Part shown: positions 43,377-64,000 of the stretch, piece by piece
How positions within the stretch are numbered: the stretch's first letter is position 1
Layout of the letters: each line of letters opens with the position of its first letter
NCBI RefSeq assembly: GCF_009914755.1
Contig: NC_060946.1
Origin: the human T2T-CHM13v2.0 reference genome, Homo sapiens
Strand: one strand, 5' to 3'
DNA length: 64,000 nt
Made by a program: the position numbers and the translations under genes
Notes under the pieces: generated by a model
The model's input: only the letters and a program-made list of their open reading frames with translations
Told to the model about the DNA's origin: nothing
The model's database searches: none

Positions 43377-43832
43377 TGATCTTCCCTCCGGGCCTCCCAA
43401 AGTGCTGGAATTACAGGTGTGAGCCAACATGCCGACAGATTTACTGATGGCTCTGACAGGCGAGCTGATCTCATAGACTGGTTGGGCTGCCTGATTCAGG
43501 AGGGAGTTTAGGGGGCTAGAGGCCCCACTAACAGAGATAGGAGCCCTGCAGAGATGGGGAGGAACAGACTTGAGCCAGGGCCTGAGATAGGCTTTTTTTG
43601 CTTGTTTGTTTGTTTGTTTATGAGAGGGTCTTGCTCTGTCATCCAGGCTGGAGTGCAGTGGCTCACTGCGGCCTCAATTTCCCAGGCTCGGGCAATCCTC
43701 CCACCTCAGCCTCCCGAGTAGCTAGGACTATAGGCGTGCCTCCATGCCCAGCTAATTTTTGTATTTTTTGTAGAAATGGGGTTTCATCATGTTGCCCAGG
43801 CTGGTCTCCAACTCCTAGACTCAAGTGATTTA

Positions 43833-44306
<474 letters not shown>

Positions 44307-44444
44307 TCAAAAAAAAAAAAAAAAAGGCCAGGCACGGTGGTTCACACCTGTAATCCCAGCACTTTGGGAGGCCAAGGTGGGTGGATCATGAGGTCAGGAG
44401 ATTGAGACCATCCTGGCTAACACAGTGAAACCCCGTCTCTACTA

Positions 44445-44834
<390 letters not shown>

Positions 44835-46283
44835 TCAACCCCTCTGAGCTCTCAGGCTGATGGGGGAGATGCACTCAGATATAGAGATCATGATGGCAGA
44901 AAAGAAGTTCTAGAGTCAAAGTGGTCACACGTGTTGGGGAGCGGTTGCTTCTTCCTGGGGAGCGCTGAGAAGGCTATCTAGGGGAAGAGACATGCAATGA
45001 TGATGACAATAATGTAACCATGAGAGCAAACATTTGTTGGGGCCTCCCTAGGTGCCCACACCATGCCCAGCTCTTCATACTGAAGGAGGAGGAAAGGGTG
45101 ATCTGGGAATGGGAAACAGGCCGTGCCAGGGCACAGGGTGTCAGCCAGCAGGAGCAGGGTGTGGGGATCATGCCAGCTGCCGGGGTGAGCCGGCATCAAG
45201 GACATCACACAGGGCATCAGGCCCTGTGTTCAGCACCTCACATGTGAGGGGGCTGTTGCTACCCGAGCCACACGACTTAAGGAGACTGAGGCGTGGAGAG
45301 AGGGAGACAGTATCACACAGCCCGTGAAAGAGCAAAAGGGCCAAGCCAATAGCAAGCAGACAGGGTTTAGAGAAGGGTCAGCTGTTGTCTGCATGTGGCA
45401 GAAACTTGGGCATGTTCCAATAGAAGGAGAGGTGGCAATGAGGCAGGACAAACAGGCTGACATTTTGGGGTCCCCAGGTAGAAGCCAGTCACCGCCTCTG
45501 ACAGCGAATGGCTGCCCTTTCCCTGGGCTGCAGGGAGGGGAGGTGGAGGATTGGGTGGGATGTACAATAGGTGTGAGGAGATGGGTGGGAAGTTTAGGAC
45601 CTTCCTGCCTGGCTGCCTTGCAGAGGGTGAAATTTACCAAAGGTGAAGTTCACCTGAAAACCCAACCGCCTTCTTGTGATGGGACGTTTAATGTGCAAGC
45701 CACAGGTAGCTCATAACACTGTTAACTTTCGAGCCTGCGAGCAGGAGGCATTCTGATTATCTGTTCATTTCTAGAAACGCTTGAGCCAGAGGGACTGTTT
45801 GTTGCCTAGAGAACAAAGCTAAAACATCGGAATGAAATTGAGAGAGAAATAAAATTTCCTATTCTAAGCATAGCCTATGAGTAAGCATCTCTGTGGCTTT
45901 TTGGAAAGTGTGTGTCAGAAAATGCATAGAGGCTCACAGAGGCCTGGGAGGGGACCTGTGTCGACTACTCATCTCTCTCCACTAACTTGGCAAAGGCCCC
46001 ATGCCATCATTGCCCTCATGCAAATAATGTCATTTCAGCCAGGCGCAATGGCTCACACCTGTAATCCCAGCACTTTGGGAGGCCAAGCTGAGCAGATTGC
46101 TTGAGTCTAGGAGTTTGAGACCAGCCTGGGTGAACCAGATGACGAAACCCCATCTCTACAAAAAATACAAAAATTTTCAGGGGTGATGGTGCATGCCTGT
46201 AGCCCCAGCTACTTGGGAGGCTGAGAAGGGAGGATCGCTTGAGCTCGGAAGGCAGTAAACTGACATCGTACCACTACACTCCA

Positions 46284-46389
46284 GCCTGGGCAAGAGAACC
46301 AGACCCTGTCTCAAATAATAATAATAATGTCATTTCGCCTGGGCAAGAGAACCAGACCCTGTCTCAAATAATAATAATAATGTCATTTC
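46284..46389. repeat. Perfect 53-bp tandem duplication (2 copies)
   Basis: Identical units at 46284-46336 and 46337-46389. Confidence 0.95.
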
Positions 46390-46724
46390 GCCTGGGCACC
46401 CCTTTGTGAATTGGCTGGTGGTGGCATGTGTACACGTAGGTACACACAGATACACAGTCACACATAGGCAAAGCAGCAAGATCCCCTCCTGCCTTACAAA
46501 GTGAAAAGGTTTCCTCTTAGTCCTGGATTCATCTTGACAAGCCACAGTATTAGCAGGAAAAAAAAAAGATGCTGATTATCAGTTATAAACAGTGAGTGAG
46601 AGCCAAGATCCCACAATGACCTTTTGTCCCCTTGTCACTCCAGTGGTCATAAGTGAATGAGGCAATGAATGGGTCACACTTTTGACCCAATTTATTATTT
46701 TCTTTTATAAACTCTTCTTTTTTA

Positions 46725-47234
<510 letters not shown>

Positions 47235-48174
47235 TTATTTTTATTTTTTAGAGACAGGGTCTTGCTCTGGTCATTGAGGTGGAGTGTAGTAGCATCATCA
47301 TAGCTCACTGTAGCCTTCCTCTGGGCTCAAGTGATCCTCCTGCCTCAGCCTCTCAAAGTGCTGGGATTACAGGCATAAGCCACTGTACCTGACCGATTTT
47401 TTTTTTTTTTTTTTTAAGACAGGGTCTCGCTCTGTTGCCCAGGCTGGAGTGCAGTGGTGCAATTTTGGCTCACTGCAACCTCCACCTCCTGAGCTCAAGA
47501 TCCTCCTGCCTCAGCCTCCTGAGTAGCTGGGACTAAAGGCACGTGCCACCACTCCCAGCTAATATTTGTATTGTGTAGAGGCAGGGTTTTATCACGTTGC
47601 CCGGGCAGGTCTCAAACTCCTGGGCTCAAGCGATCCGCCCTCCCAAAGTGCTGGGATTACAGGCATGAGCCACCACACCCAGCCTTTGTAATGTTTTTTG
47701 AGCCACTTAGTCTTCATGCTTATTGATCATTTAGATATCCCAAGCATATCATTGTTTCAGCTCGTGGGAGGCAGTTTGAAGTGGCTGATAACAGACTTAT
47801 TTATTTTAGTTTAGTTTTTTATATTTACTGAGCATTTCCCATTTAAGGGCTTTATGTATGCCGTCTTTTAAAATGTTTACAACAACCCGTGATTAGGTTT
47901 TATTATTACCCAACTCTCCAGGTGAGGAAACTCAGGCTTACGGAGGTTAAGTGCCTCTCATGAGCCCAGGTCACAGCTACTCAGGGGTGGACACAGGTCA
48001 CAAACCCAGGTGGTCTGACTCCAACTCTTGACTGTCATGTTTCAGATCAGGAGCCACTAGCCCTGCCCGAGGGGTCCGGGTAGGCTTCTTGGAGGATCGG
48101 CCATAGGGGTCATACTGGGGTGGCTGGAGGGGGTTGTGTCCTTCTGGGTGCTCATGGCGGTTGTCCTGTTGCAG

Positions 48175-48608
48175 GTGCCCTACTGCAGGAGGAGAGGCTG
48201 GACGCGGTGACCCTGCTTTACGCCACCTCGCTGCCCAGCTTCTGCCTGCTGGCGGGTGCAGCCCTGGTGCTGGAGGCTGGCGTTGCCCCACCGCCCACTG
48301 CTGGCGACTCTCGCCTCTGGGCCTGCATCCTGCTCAGCTGCCTCCTGTCTGTTCTCTATAACCTGGCCAGCTTCTCCCTGCTGGCCCTCACCTCTGCCCT
48401 CACCGTCCACGTCCTGGGCAACCTCACCGTGGTGGGCAACCTCATCCTGTCCCGGCTGTTGTTTGGCAGCCGCCTCAGTGCCCTCAGCTACGTGGGCATC
48501 GCACTCACTCTTTCAGGAATGTTCCTTTACCACAACTGCGAGTTCGTGGCCTCCTGGGCTGCCCGTCGGGGGCTGTGGCGGAGGGACCAGCCCAGCAAGG
48601 GTCTTTGA
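48175..48608 (+). CDS. SLC35E4: SLC35E4 coding exon 2 ([15 protein letters not shown]...DQPSKGL*)
   Basis: Acceptor gttgcag|; [12 protein letters not shown] motif; TGA at 48606-48608; 619+434 = 1053 nt = 350 aa + stop. Confidence 0.96.
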
Positions 48609-49988
48609 GACCTGGGGGATCTCAGGAGCCACCTGGGATGGCCCTGGCCTGAATCCAGCCTCCGCTGTGGCCATAGAAGGAATGGAGAACAGGGCTGGGC
48701 ATGGTGGCTCACGCCTATAATCCCAGCACTTCCAGAGTCCGAGGTGGGTGGATCACCTGAGGCCAGGAGTTCGAGACCAGCCTGGCTAACATGGCAAAAC
48801 CTCATCTCTACTAAAAATAGAAAAATTAGCTGGGCATGGTGGCGCGTGCCTATAGTCCCAGCTACATGGGAGGCTAAGGTGGGAGGATCACTTGAGCCCT
48901 GGAGATCGAGGCTGCAGTAAGCCAAGATCGCATGCTACTGCACTCCAGCCTGGGAGACAGAGCGAGACGCTGTCTCAATTAAAAAAAAAAAAAAGTGGAG
49001 AACTGGCAGTGACCTCTACTGGGGGCCATGGCAGGGAGGGGAGCCTTCTGGAAGGGCTGCCTTGGAGATTGGAATGGGGACTCCCAGGGAGACCTGCGTT
49101 CCATCCCTGCCTGCCTCACCCCTGCCACAGACTCTGCACACCACTGGATGGTGGGTCCAAGCCTGGCACAGTCCCTGTGCTTGTCAGAGTCATTATTATG
49201 ATTAATATCAATTACGATGCCAAAAATTGCTGGGCAAACTTTGAAGACCTCAACTTGTTACAATGACGATGATGATGATTCTTGGCGGTTACACAATCCT
49301 TCCTCCTGGGGGGGAGGCAGCTAGGAGGCCCAGCAGGGGGGCTTCTATGCTGCTGGGCTCCCCTAGGGAGTTGGGGTAGTCTGTGCCAACTCCAGGCAGC
49401 TGCTGTGGCCTCACCCCTGGGCCCCCCAATTTTGGGTCATCCATCCTCAAATACACTATTTTTGCTTGTATGCCTGTGTCATTTGTTGGTTGTACAGAGG
49501 GGATATAGGGAGAGTGGTAGGCTTCCCACACAGAAACTAGGACATCCTCCCTTACCCATCGCAGTCTGTCTGGCCCCCCACCCCGAGCCCAGTGCCATTC
49601 CCTCAAATCCCTCCACTGGCTGGGCTACCATTGCCCATCTTCTGGACAGTGGCAGTGGCCTCCCCCTTGCTCTGCCTGGCCCCTCTACTCCATCTTACAC
49701 ACAGACCCCTTCACCCAGAGGGATCTCACTAAAACGTGCACATTCTGATGTTCCTCACTGCTCTTGGGACAAAGTCAGAATTTCCTACCCCAGACCCCAA
49801 CTCACTCAGGACGTGGCACCTGCAGCCTCACCCAGCTTGTCTCCCTTCCCCTGGGCTCTGCCTTCCAGCCTCACCGACTTCTTTCAGTTCCCCGTGATAC
49901 CAGGCCTGCTCACTGAAACCTTTGTACATGCTGTTCCCTCCGTCCAGTCCCCGCTTCCTACAACAACCTCCTCCCTTCCCACAGCTTA

Positions 49989-50512
<524 letters not shown>

Positions 50513-51430
50513 CTAAGACAGGAGTCCCAACCCCCAGAGCTCCCTGACTCGCCAGCTGGCGTCAGCTTTGTTATTTACCTCTGAGCCTTTCCTTGGCTCT
50601 TGTAACACCTAACTCTCCCCAGCCAGCTACCTCTCCTGGAGATCACCTGTTAAAGATGATAAGGACCCAGTTGGAGTGAGAACACCTGGAACCTAATCCT
50701 GCTCTGCCCACCTGACTGGGAGCCTCCCTTCCCTAGGCCTCAGCTTCCAGATCTGCAAAATGGAACTGATGATCCCTATGGAGAGGGTTCGAATGAGGAG
50801 CGCTGGGCAGGGCCAGGAGTGAGGAAGGAGGTAATGGCACCAACTGGCTCTGCTTTTATCTTGGGGTATTCACCCAACCTTTCTGGAAACCATCTGCAAA
50901 ATGTCTCCCATTTGTGTGAGGACTAGGAGCTAGACCAGGCTGGGGCTGTGGTCTATGGAGACTGAGATTCAGGGAGGAATCATTCAGATTCAGTAACCAG
51001 AATTCGTAAGGGACCACAGTGCCAGCAAGTGCTAGACAGGGCTGAGTAAAGGGCCAGCCCACGGCGGGGTGGGAGTGGGTAGGGAAGGCCTAGGAGGACC
51101 GGTATGGGGTTTCCTGGTTCCAGCCTCCGCCCAGGCTGCCTTACAGAAGGGGAAGTCGGCCTGGGCTGAGTCACCTGTCACCCACCCTCTCTATGACTCA
51201 GAGATGCCGCTGGCCCAGCCCAGTCCCTGAGCAGCTTGGGTACCTCTGGCCTCCACTCTCAGGCTTTGCCAGGCAGGATGGAGGGATGGATGGCTGTGGT
51301 CAAATCCTCCTCGGTGACTCAGGACCCTTTCCCATCCAACTGGCCCCCACTGCCATAGCAGGGACCTCCCTGTACCACCCTCATTTCTAGGCCTTGTGGG
51401 ATGCTTGGCTAATGAGTGAGCCTCACATCA

Positions 51431-52219
<789 letters not shown>

Positions 52220-52760
52220 CTAATCCCCCACCAGCTTCTGGAGCTGTAATGGACAAAGGCCTAGGAAGGCCTCAGTCTTATCACAGATGCTTCCACTTCC
52301 TCCTCAAGGCTTCTCGTGTTATCTGCCCCACCCCTCCTCAGCCTGCCAGAGCACATTTGAGAGTCCCCCAGGCATGCTCCCGCCTGAGCATAGCAGCGTG
52401 GATGCCAAGCCTCCAGCCCCCTTGTCCTGCTTTGGAGGAAGCCTGGGAAGCTGGGTCTGTGCTGGGCATCCTGCCATTGTGGACTTCGAAACAAAGACCT
52501 GTCTCAGGCCTAGCTGCCTGGTGCCCCTTCTACCCTCCCCTGGTGGCCCTTGGATTGGCATTCCAGGGGGCCAGGGCAAACAAGGATTGTGAGTCCTTGT
52601 TTGGCCTGGCCCCCTGGAAGGAGTAGCTCCTTCATGCTACTCTGCCCTCAAATTAGCTCAGGGATGTCAAATCCTCCACCACTGCACTAAATAACTTCCT
52701 GGAAGTAGCACAAAATACTTAATTGAGGGCCACTTAATGGAGGACCACGAGAGGTTTTGA

Positions 52761-52901
<141 letters not shown>

Positions 52902-52904
52902 TGA

Positions 52905-53135
<231 letters not shown>

Positions 53136-53299
53136 TAAACATTTCTTGATAAGTAGACCTTCAATTTAGTCTGGACCCTATGTAGAGAAAAAATTGGAGG
53201 GGCTCAAGACAGGAGGCAGGAAGACTAGGGAAGACCTGTTGTTGTGGTCTAGGTAACTCCATGACAGTGGGGACAGTGCTAGGGCAGAGTGGGTATCGG

Positions 53300-54505
53300 T
53301 TGTATTGATTTAGAGTAACAATTTATCTCAAAATCTTATGGCTTAGAGCAACAAACATGTAGTATCTCACAGTTTCAGTGGATCAGGAATTCGGGAGTGG
53401 CTTAGTGGGTTGGTTCTGGTTGAGTTTCTCATTAAGTTGTAGTCAAGATGTTGGTCTGAGCTTCAGTCATCTGAAAGCTTGGCTGGGGCTGGAGGATTTG
53501 TGGCCCCCCAGTGGGTTCACTTTGCCCACTGCCTAGACAAAGCTGATTTATCAAGACAGGGGAACTGCAATAGAGAAAGAGTAATTCACACAGAGCCTGG
53601 TGTGCAGGAGACCAGAGTTTTACTATTACTGAAATCAGTCTCCCCGACCATTCAGGGAGCAGAGTTTTAAGGACAACTTGGTGGGTTGGGGGAAGCCAGT
53701 GAGACAGGAGTGCTGATTGGTCAGGGATGAAATCACAGGATGTTGAAGCTGTTTTCTAGTGCCCAGTCAGTTCCTGGGTGGGGGCCACAAGATCAGACGA
53801 GCCAGTTTATCAATCTGGGTGGTGCCAGCTGATCCATCAAGGGCAGGGGCTGCAAAATATCACAAGCACTGATCTTAGGAGCAGTTTAGGGAAGGTCAGA
53901 ATCTTGCAGCCTCCAGCTGCATGACTCCTAAGCCATAATTTCTAATCTTGTGGCTAATGTTAGTCCTATATAGGCAATCTAGTCCCTAGGCAAGAAAGAG
54001 GTCTGCTTTGGGAAAGGGCCATTATCATCTTCATTTTAATCTATAAACTATAAACTAAGTTTCTCCGAATGTTAGTTCAGCCTATGCCCAGGAATGAACA
54101 AAGACAACTTGGAGATTAGAAGCAAGATGGAGTCAATTAAGTTAGATCTCTTCCACTGTATCAGTCACAATTTTGCAAAGGCGGCTTCAGATTTACATTC
54201 AAAATGGGGCATTCACGTGGCTGTTGGCAGGAGGCCTCAGTTCCTTGCCATGTGGGCTTCTCCATAGGGCCCCTTGAGTGTCCTCAACACATAGTAGTTG
54301 GTGTCCACCAAAGTGAGTGATTCAAGAGAACAAGAAACCACAAAGTCCTTTTAAATCTGATCTCAAAGGTCACACTCTGTCATTTCTCCAGTATCTTATT
54401 GGTTACAAGTCTATTTAGTGTGAGCCCTTCCCACATTGACTACACAAAGGCAGGATTACCAGGAAGATGGGATTACTGAGGACATCTCTGAGGCTAGCTA
54501 CCATA
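53300..54505 (-). mobile_element. MLT1-type MaLR LTR, split by LTR8
   Basis: MLT1-like phrases (ggcttagagcaacaaac, cacagtttc..gatcaggaattcgggagtggcttag, gaggctagctacca) on both sides of LTR8. Confidence 0.6.
53499..54189 (-). mobile_element. LTR8 (ERV1) solo LTR
   Basis: The - strand starts TGAAGCCGCCTTTGCAAAATTGTGACTGA and ends ..CA; 4-bp TSD GATT at 53495-53498 / 54190-54193; 691 bp. Confidence 0.85.
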
Positions 54506-54779
54506 TCAGTGAATATCTATTGAATGAGTGATTGAGGACGTGAGGACATAACCTGGAGCCCTATGAGGAATTAGCCTGGGAGTATTCTGTTCTGGGTGGG
54601 GTCTTGTCAGCCACACCTCTGCATCCTCCCTAACCAAGTATTGCACAGTCCTGGCCCACAGCATGCACTTAGTAAATGCTTGCTCAGTGAGGGCTGGTGG
54701 CTGCCTTCTGTGCTCCCCACCACTGGCAGGTCAAGGCCTGGGCTCCCTGGCCTGGTATTTGAAGCCCTGGATGTTCTGA

Positions 54780-55103
<324 letters not shown>

Positions 55104-55377
55104 TAGTAGAGACTGGGTTTCACCATGTTGGCCAGGCTGGTCTCGAACTCCTGATCTCAAGTGACCCGCCCCCCCTCGGCCTCCCAAAGTGCTTGGGATA
55201 CAGCCCTGAGCCACCACGCCTGGCCGCCTCCCTTCTCTAAGCACTGCCAGCATCCCAGCTGTACCTGCTGCCTAGGCTGGGAATTTCTGTTTGTATGTTT
55301 AGACTTTCTTTGGAGGAGAACCCTTGTTAGGCTGGAGCCCAAAATCAATCAAGCCAAAGCACAGTTCCCTGTTTTTA

Positions 55378-56389
<1,012 letters not shown>

Positions 56390-58603
56390 AGTTCCCTATT
56401 TTTAGATGAAACAGGGAAGGGCATGGGGCCCCTTCACCCCTGAGGTACCTCTGCCAGATTTCCCTGGAACCCTGTTTGAAAACCACAGATCTAGTTCAAT
56501 CCTCGTTGTCCATATGAGGAAACTGAAGCCCAAAGAATAGAAAGAACCAAGACGACCTTGTGCAGAGGGAGCAGTAGGATTAGGACTTCACCCTCCTAAT
56601 TCCTGGGGTTCTGCTATTCTCTGCTCCCTACACTGCTATGAAGAACAGAGCCACGGTGTGAAGTTACAGGGGCTGTGCAGGGTCTGGCCCAGGGTTGTAG
56701 GGACAGTTTGCCACAAGAAGCCAGCAGCCAGGTATGGTGGCTCACACCTGTAATCCTAGCACTTTGGGAGGCTGAGGAAGGTGGATGGCTAGAGCCCAGG
56801 AGTTCCAGACCCATCTGGACAACATAGCAAAACCCTGTCTCTACGGAAAAAAAAAAAAAAAAGCCAAGTATGGTGGTGCACGCCTGTAGTCCCAGCTACT
56901 TGGGAGGCTGAGATGGGAGGCTGCAGTGGGCTGTGATTACACCACTGCACTCCACTCTGGGTAACAGAGTGAGATCCTATCTAAAAAAAAAAAAAAAAAG
57001 AAAAAGAAAAAAAGAAGCCACTAGCCTGGCATTGCATAGCTCAGTCAACAAAATATCCTTTTTTTTTTTCTTCCAGGAAAAGTAATTACAAATGTTTTGC
57101 CAAGGGCACGTCTAGCATGTCTCCCAGAAATGGGCCTGCCTTAGTATCCCTTCCATACCCAGGAACTAGCTAGAAGGAGCCTCAAGGAATCTGGTTTCAG
57201 CATAAACATGATGATGGATTTCAGTGTCACAGCTGGGAGCCCATAGTCAATTCTGCTTTCTGTAAATAGAGGTCTGTGGGGTGCCTTCTTATGCACGGAT
57301 GGCATTGTGATTCCCATTTAACAGAGTAAGCAAAATTTCAGAAAAATTCCAGGGTCTGCCTGAAGTCAAAGCCAAGAGGTGGAAGAGTCAGGATGAGAAT
57401 CCACACCTCTTAACATTCCTCCCAAGCTCCTTCTTAGGTGATATTGGGTCACGATCCAGAGGTGGAAAGTAATGGATTCTTAGGACTTTTTTTTTTCTTA
57501 TTTTCATTCATTTATTGAGGCACCACTGCACTGCATCCTGGGCAAAAGGGTCTCACTCTGTTGCTGAGGACGCAGTGCAGTGGTGCCATCATAGTTGACT
57601 GCAGCCTCAACCTCCTTGGGCTCAAGCGATCCTCCCACCTCAGCTTCCCAAGTAGCTGGGACTACAGGTGTGCACCACCATGCTGGGCTTTTTTTTTTTA
57701 AACTTTTTGTAGAGAAGGAGTCTCACTATGTTGCCCAGGCTGATCGCAAATTCCCAGGCTCAAGTGATCCTCCTGCCTCAGCCACCCAAAGGGCTGGGAT
57801 TACAGGCATGAGCCACTGCACTTGGACTCTAAGGGCATTTGGATTTAACATCCCAGGATAGGAAAGCAGGGCTGTGTGCTTCAAGGTCAAGAGCTACCTG
57901 CCCCTGGGATTTGTAATTAGATCGCCATCTCAACAGAGGTCATTCCGAGAAATCCTCAGGGCCAACAGCATGTCCCTGTTTATCTGACAGGGCATTATAA
58001 ACTTCACAGAAACTTCTCAAACCAAATTTAATTGACTTTGGAAAGAAAGTGATTCCTCACTTTTGGAGTGAGAAAGTTAAAGGTTCATGTAATCAAAAAG
58101 AGGCCTAGAATCCCTGTTCTAAGCCAGGCTGTTAGGCTATGGGACCACTTCTTTCTCCCCTACTATAGGACTGCATTCAAACCTCAACATGACCTTCTTC
58201 CTAGGTTGTCTGAGTAAAAGGCTGCTCTACTCTGAGTCCAAAAGAACAGTGTGAACTGTTTGGGAAAAGGACGTGGACCCTCTCAAAAGCCCTCAACCTT
58301 AACCTCTCCCACTTAGGATATGAACTCCTGGTCTCATCATGTCCAATTCTGAATATTTAAAAAGAGAGTTAAAAAGGAGGAATGGCTTGGCCCAGTGGCT
58401 CATGCCTGTAATCACAGCACTTTCGGAGGCTGAGGAGGAAGGATCACTTGAGCCCAGGAGTTCGAGACCAGCCTGGTCAACATAGTGAAACCCCATCTCT
58501 ATTTTGTATAAAAATATAAAGTAATTAAAACTTAAAAAAGGAGGAATGAAAATTATGTTTACTCAACTATGAAAAAAATGCTCAGGAGGAAGGAACTAGA
58601 TCA

Positions 58604-59080
<477 letters not shown>

Positions 59081-59260
59081 TCACTTGAGCCCAGGAATTT
59101 GAGACCAGCCTGGGAAATATGGTGAGACGCTGTCTCTAAAAAAATTTTTTAAAGATTTAAAAAATAGGCCAGGCGCGGTGGCTCATGCCTGTAATCCTAG
59201 TACTTTGGGAGGCCGAGTCAGGTGGATCACGAGGTCAGGAGATCGAGACAATCCTGGCTA

Positions 59261-59497
<237 letters not shown>

Positions 59498-59679
59498 TTA
59501 GCTGGATATGGTGTTGAGTACCTCTAGGTTCCAGTTACTCAGGAGGCTAAGGTAAGAGGATCATTGGAGGCTGGGAGTTTGAGGCTGCAGTGGGCGGTGA
59601 TCACACCACAGTATCTAGCCTGGGCAACAGAATAAGACCATTTCAAAATAAATTTTTTTTTTTAGTTAAAAAAAACTGA

Positions 59680-62616
<2,937 letters not shown>

Positions 62617-62754
62617 TGATCTGGCCACCTCGGCCTCCCAAAGTGTTGGGATTACAGGCATGAGCCGCCACGCCCGGCCTCAATTGTATTTCTATATACT
62701 AATAATGAGCAATTGGAAAAAAAATCTACAATAGCCACCCCCCCGCCAAGTGAA

Positions 62755-63234
<480 letters not shown>

Positions 63235-64000
63235 TGAAAACCTCTGGATCAGAAGAGCTGGTCTTCAGCCAGGTCCTTGGCACCAAGAGGATGTGAACAA
63301 TCCTGAATTCCAGGGCCTACTGATGGAGTCCACTAGTTAGTCCCTTTGACACGGCCCCCTTATGGATCCCAGTAGTCAGCCGGGGTGCAGGTTTTCATAG
63401 TGATTCTAAACAAGGCTGCAGTCACTGTTTAGAAGTGATTGGGGGAAGCTGGAACTGTGCTCCTTGTTTCAGGACCTCTAGATTGCACCTAGATTAAACA
63501 AGACGGAAGCTCTCAAAAGGCTCTAAGTCTAGGCCTCCTGTGAGGTAGGGTCTGAAAGGACTTAAACCATTTTTTTTTTTTTTTTTTTTTTTACACACAG
63601 GGTAACTTTTTGGAAGAGTACTTTGTAACAATAAAGTGCTGTGCACAGAAAGGAGAAATGCCATTATGAGGATGTGTGTGCCGACCTGGGACCAGCAGGG
63701 TGAAAGAGTCTATCATTCATGATGAGAGCTGCCATTTGCGCTAAGCACACACCATGTGCCAGGCACTATGCCAAGAAATTGTTGAATCTTCACAATAACT
63801 CTGTGAGAAAAGGGCTGTCATTGGACAGATGAGGACACTGATGCTCCCAGGGGTCCACATCACATGAAGAGGAGGTGACAGGGCTGGGCCTTGGTCCGAA
63901 GCTCCAGCCTTCCAAGCCAAGGCCTGTGAGAGGAACCGCTGAGACCTGATGTTAGGCCTGTTTTTCTCATGTGCCCTGGAGAAGGGGACTAACACCATCT

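Noticed and set aside
63570-64000. Possible DUSP18 3' UTR on the - strand
   Set aside because: Expected from recalled gene order, but no coding sequence or clear signal lies in the window; the T run at 63570-63592 could cause internal priming

Overview
Human, Alu-dense genomic DNA recognisable as 22q12.2. It holds the complete 9-exon TCN2 gene (transcobalamin II, + strand). The spliced CDS runs 8903-28106 and gives 1284 nt / 427 aa with all junctions GT-AG. It also holds the 2-exon SLC35E4 gene (+ strand, 38033-48608, 1053 nt / 350 aa) behind a CpG-island promoter, and a processed RPL13A pseudogene (- strand). Mobile elements include an SVA, solo LTRs (MER11, LTR8, THE1D), MaLR/L1/L2/MIR/Tigger remnants and dozens of Alus. 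Almost all ORFs in the supplied track are Alu- or microsatellite-derived artefacts. I found no wholly new gene system. The most interesting structures not explained by standard annotation are these. (1) The SVA appears to carry a ~266-bp 3' transduction, with two poly(A) tails inside one TSD pair. (2) An old non-Alu inverted duplication brackets TCN2 exon 7. (3) A 27-bp unique segment plus Alu flank is shared between SLC35E4 intron 1 and TCN2 intron 7. (4) The RPL13A retrocopy appears to record an alternatively spliced mRNA. (5) There is a candidate Alu-exon / distal-terminal-exon isoform of SLC35E4. (6) There is a perfect T-MARE in TCN2 intron 6, an AP-1 cluster, a strong CTCF site and a bidirectional TCN2 promoter with a candidate antisense exon. 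Repeat family names come from recalled consensus sequences, and repeat boundaries are approximate unless a TSD is quoted.
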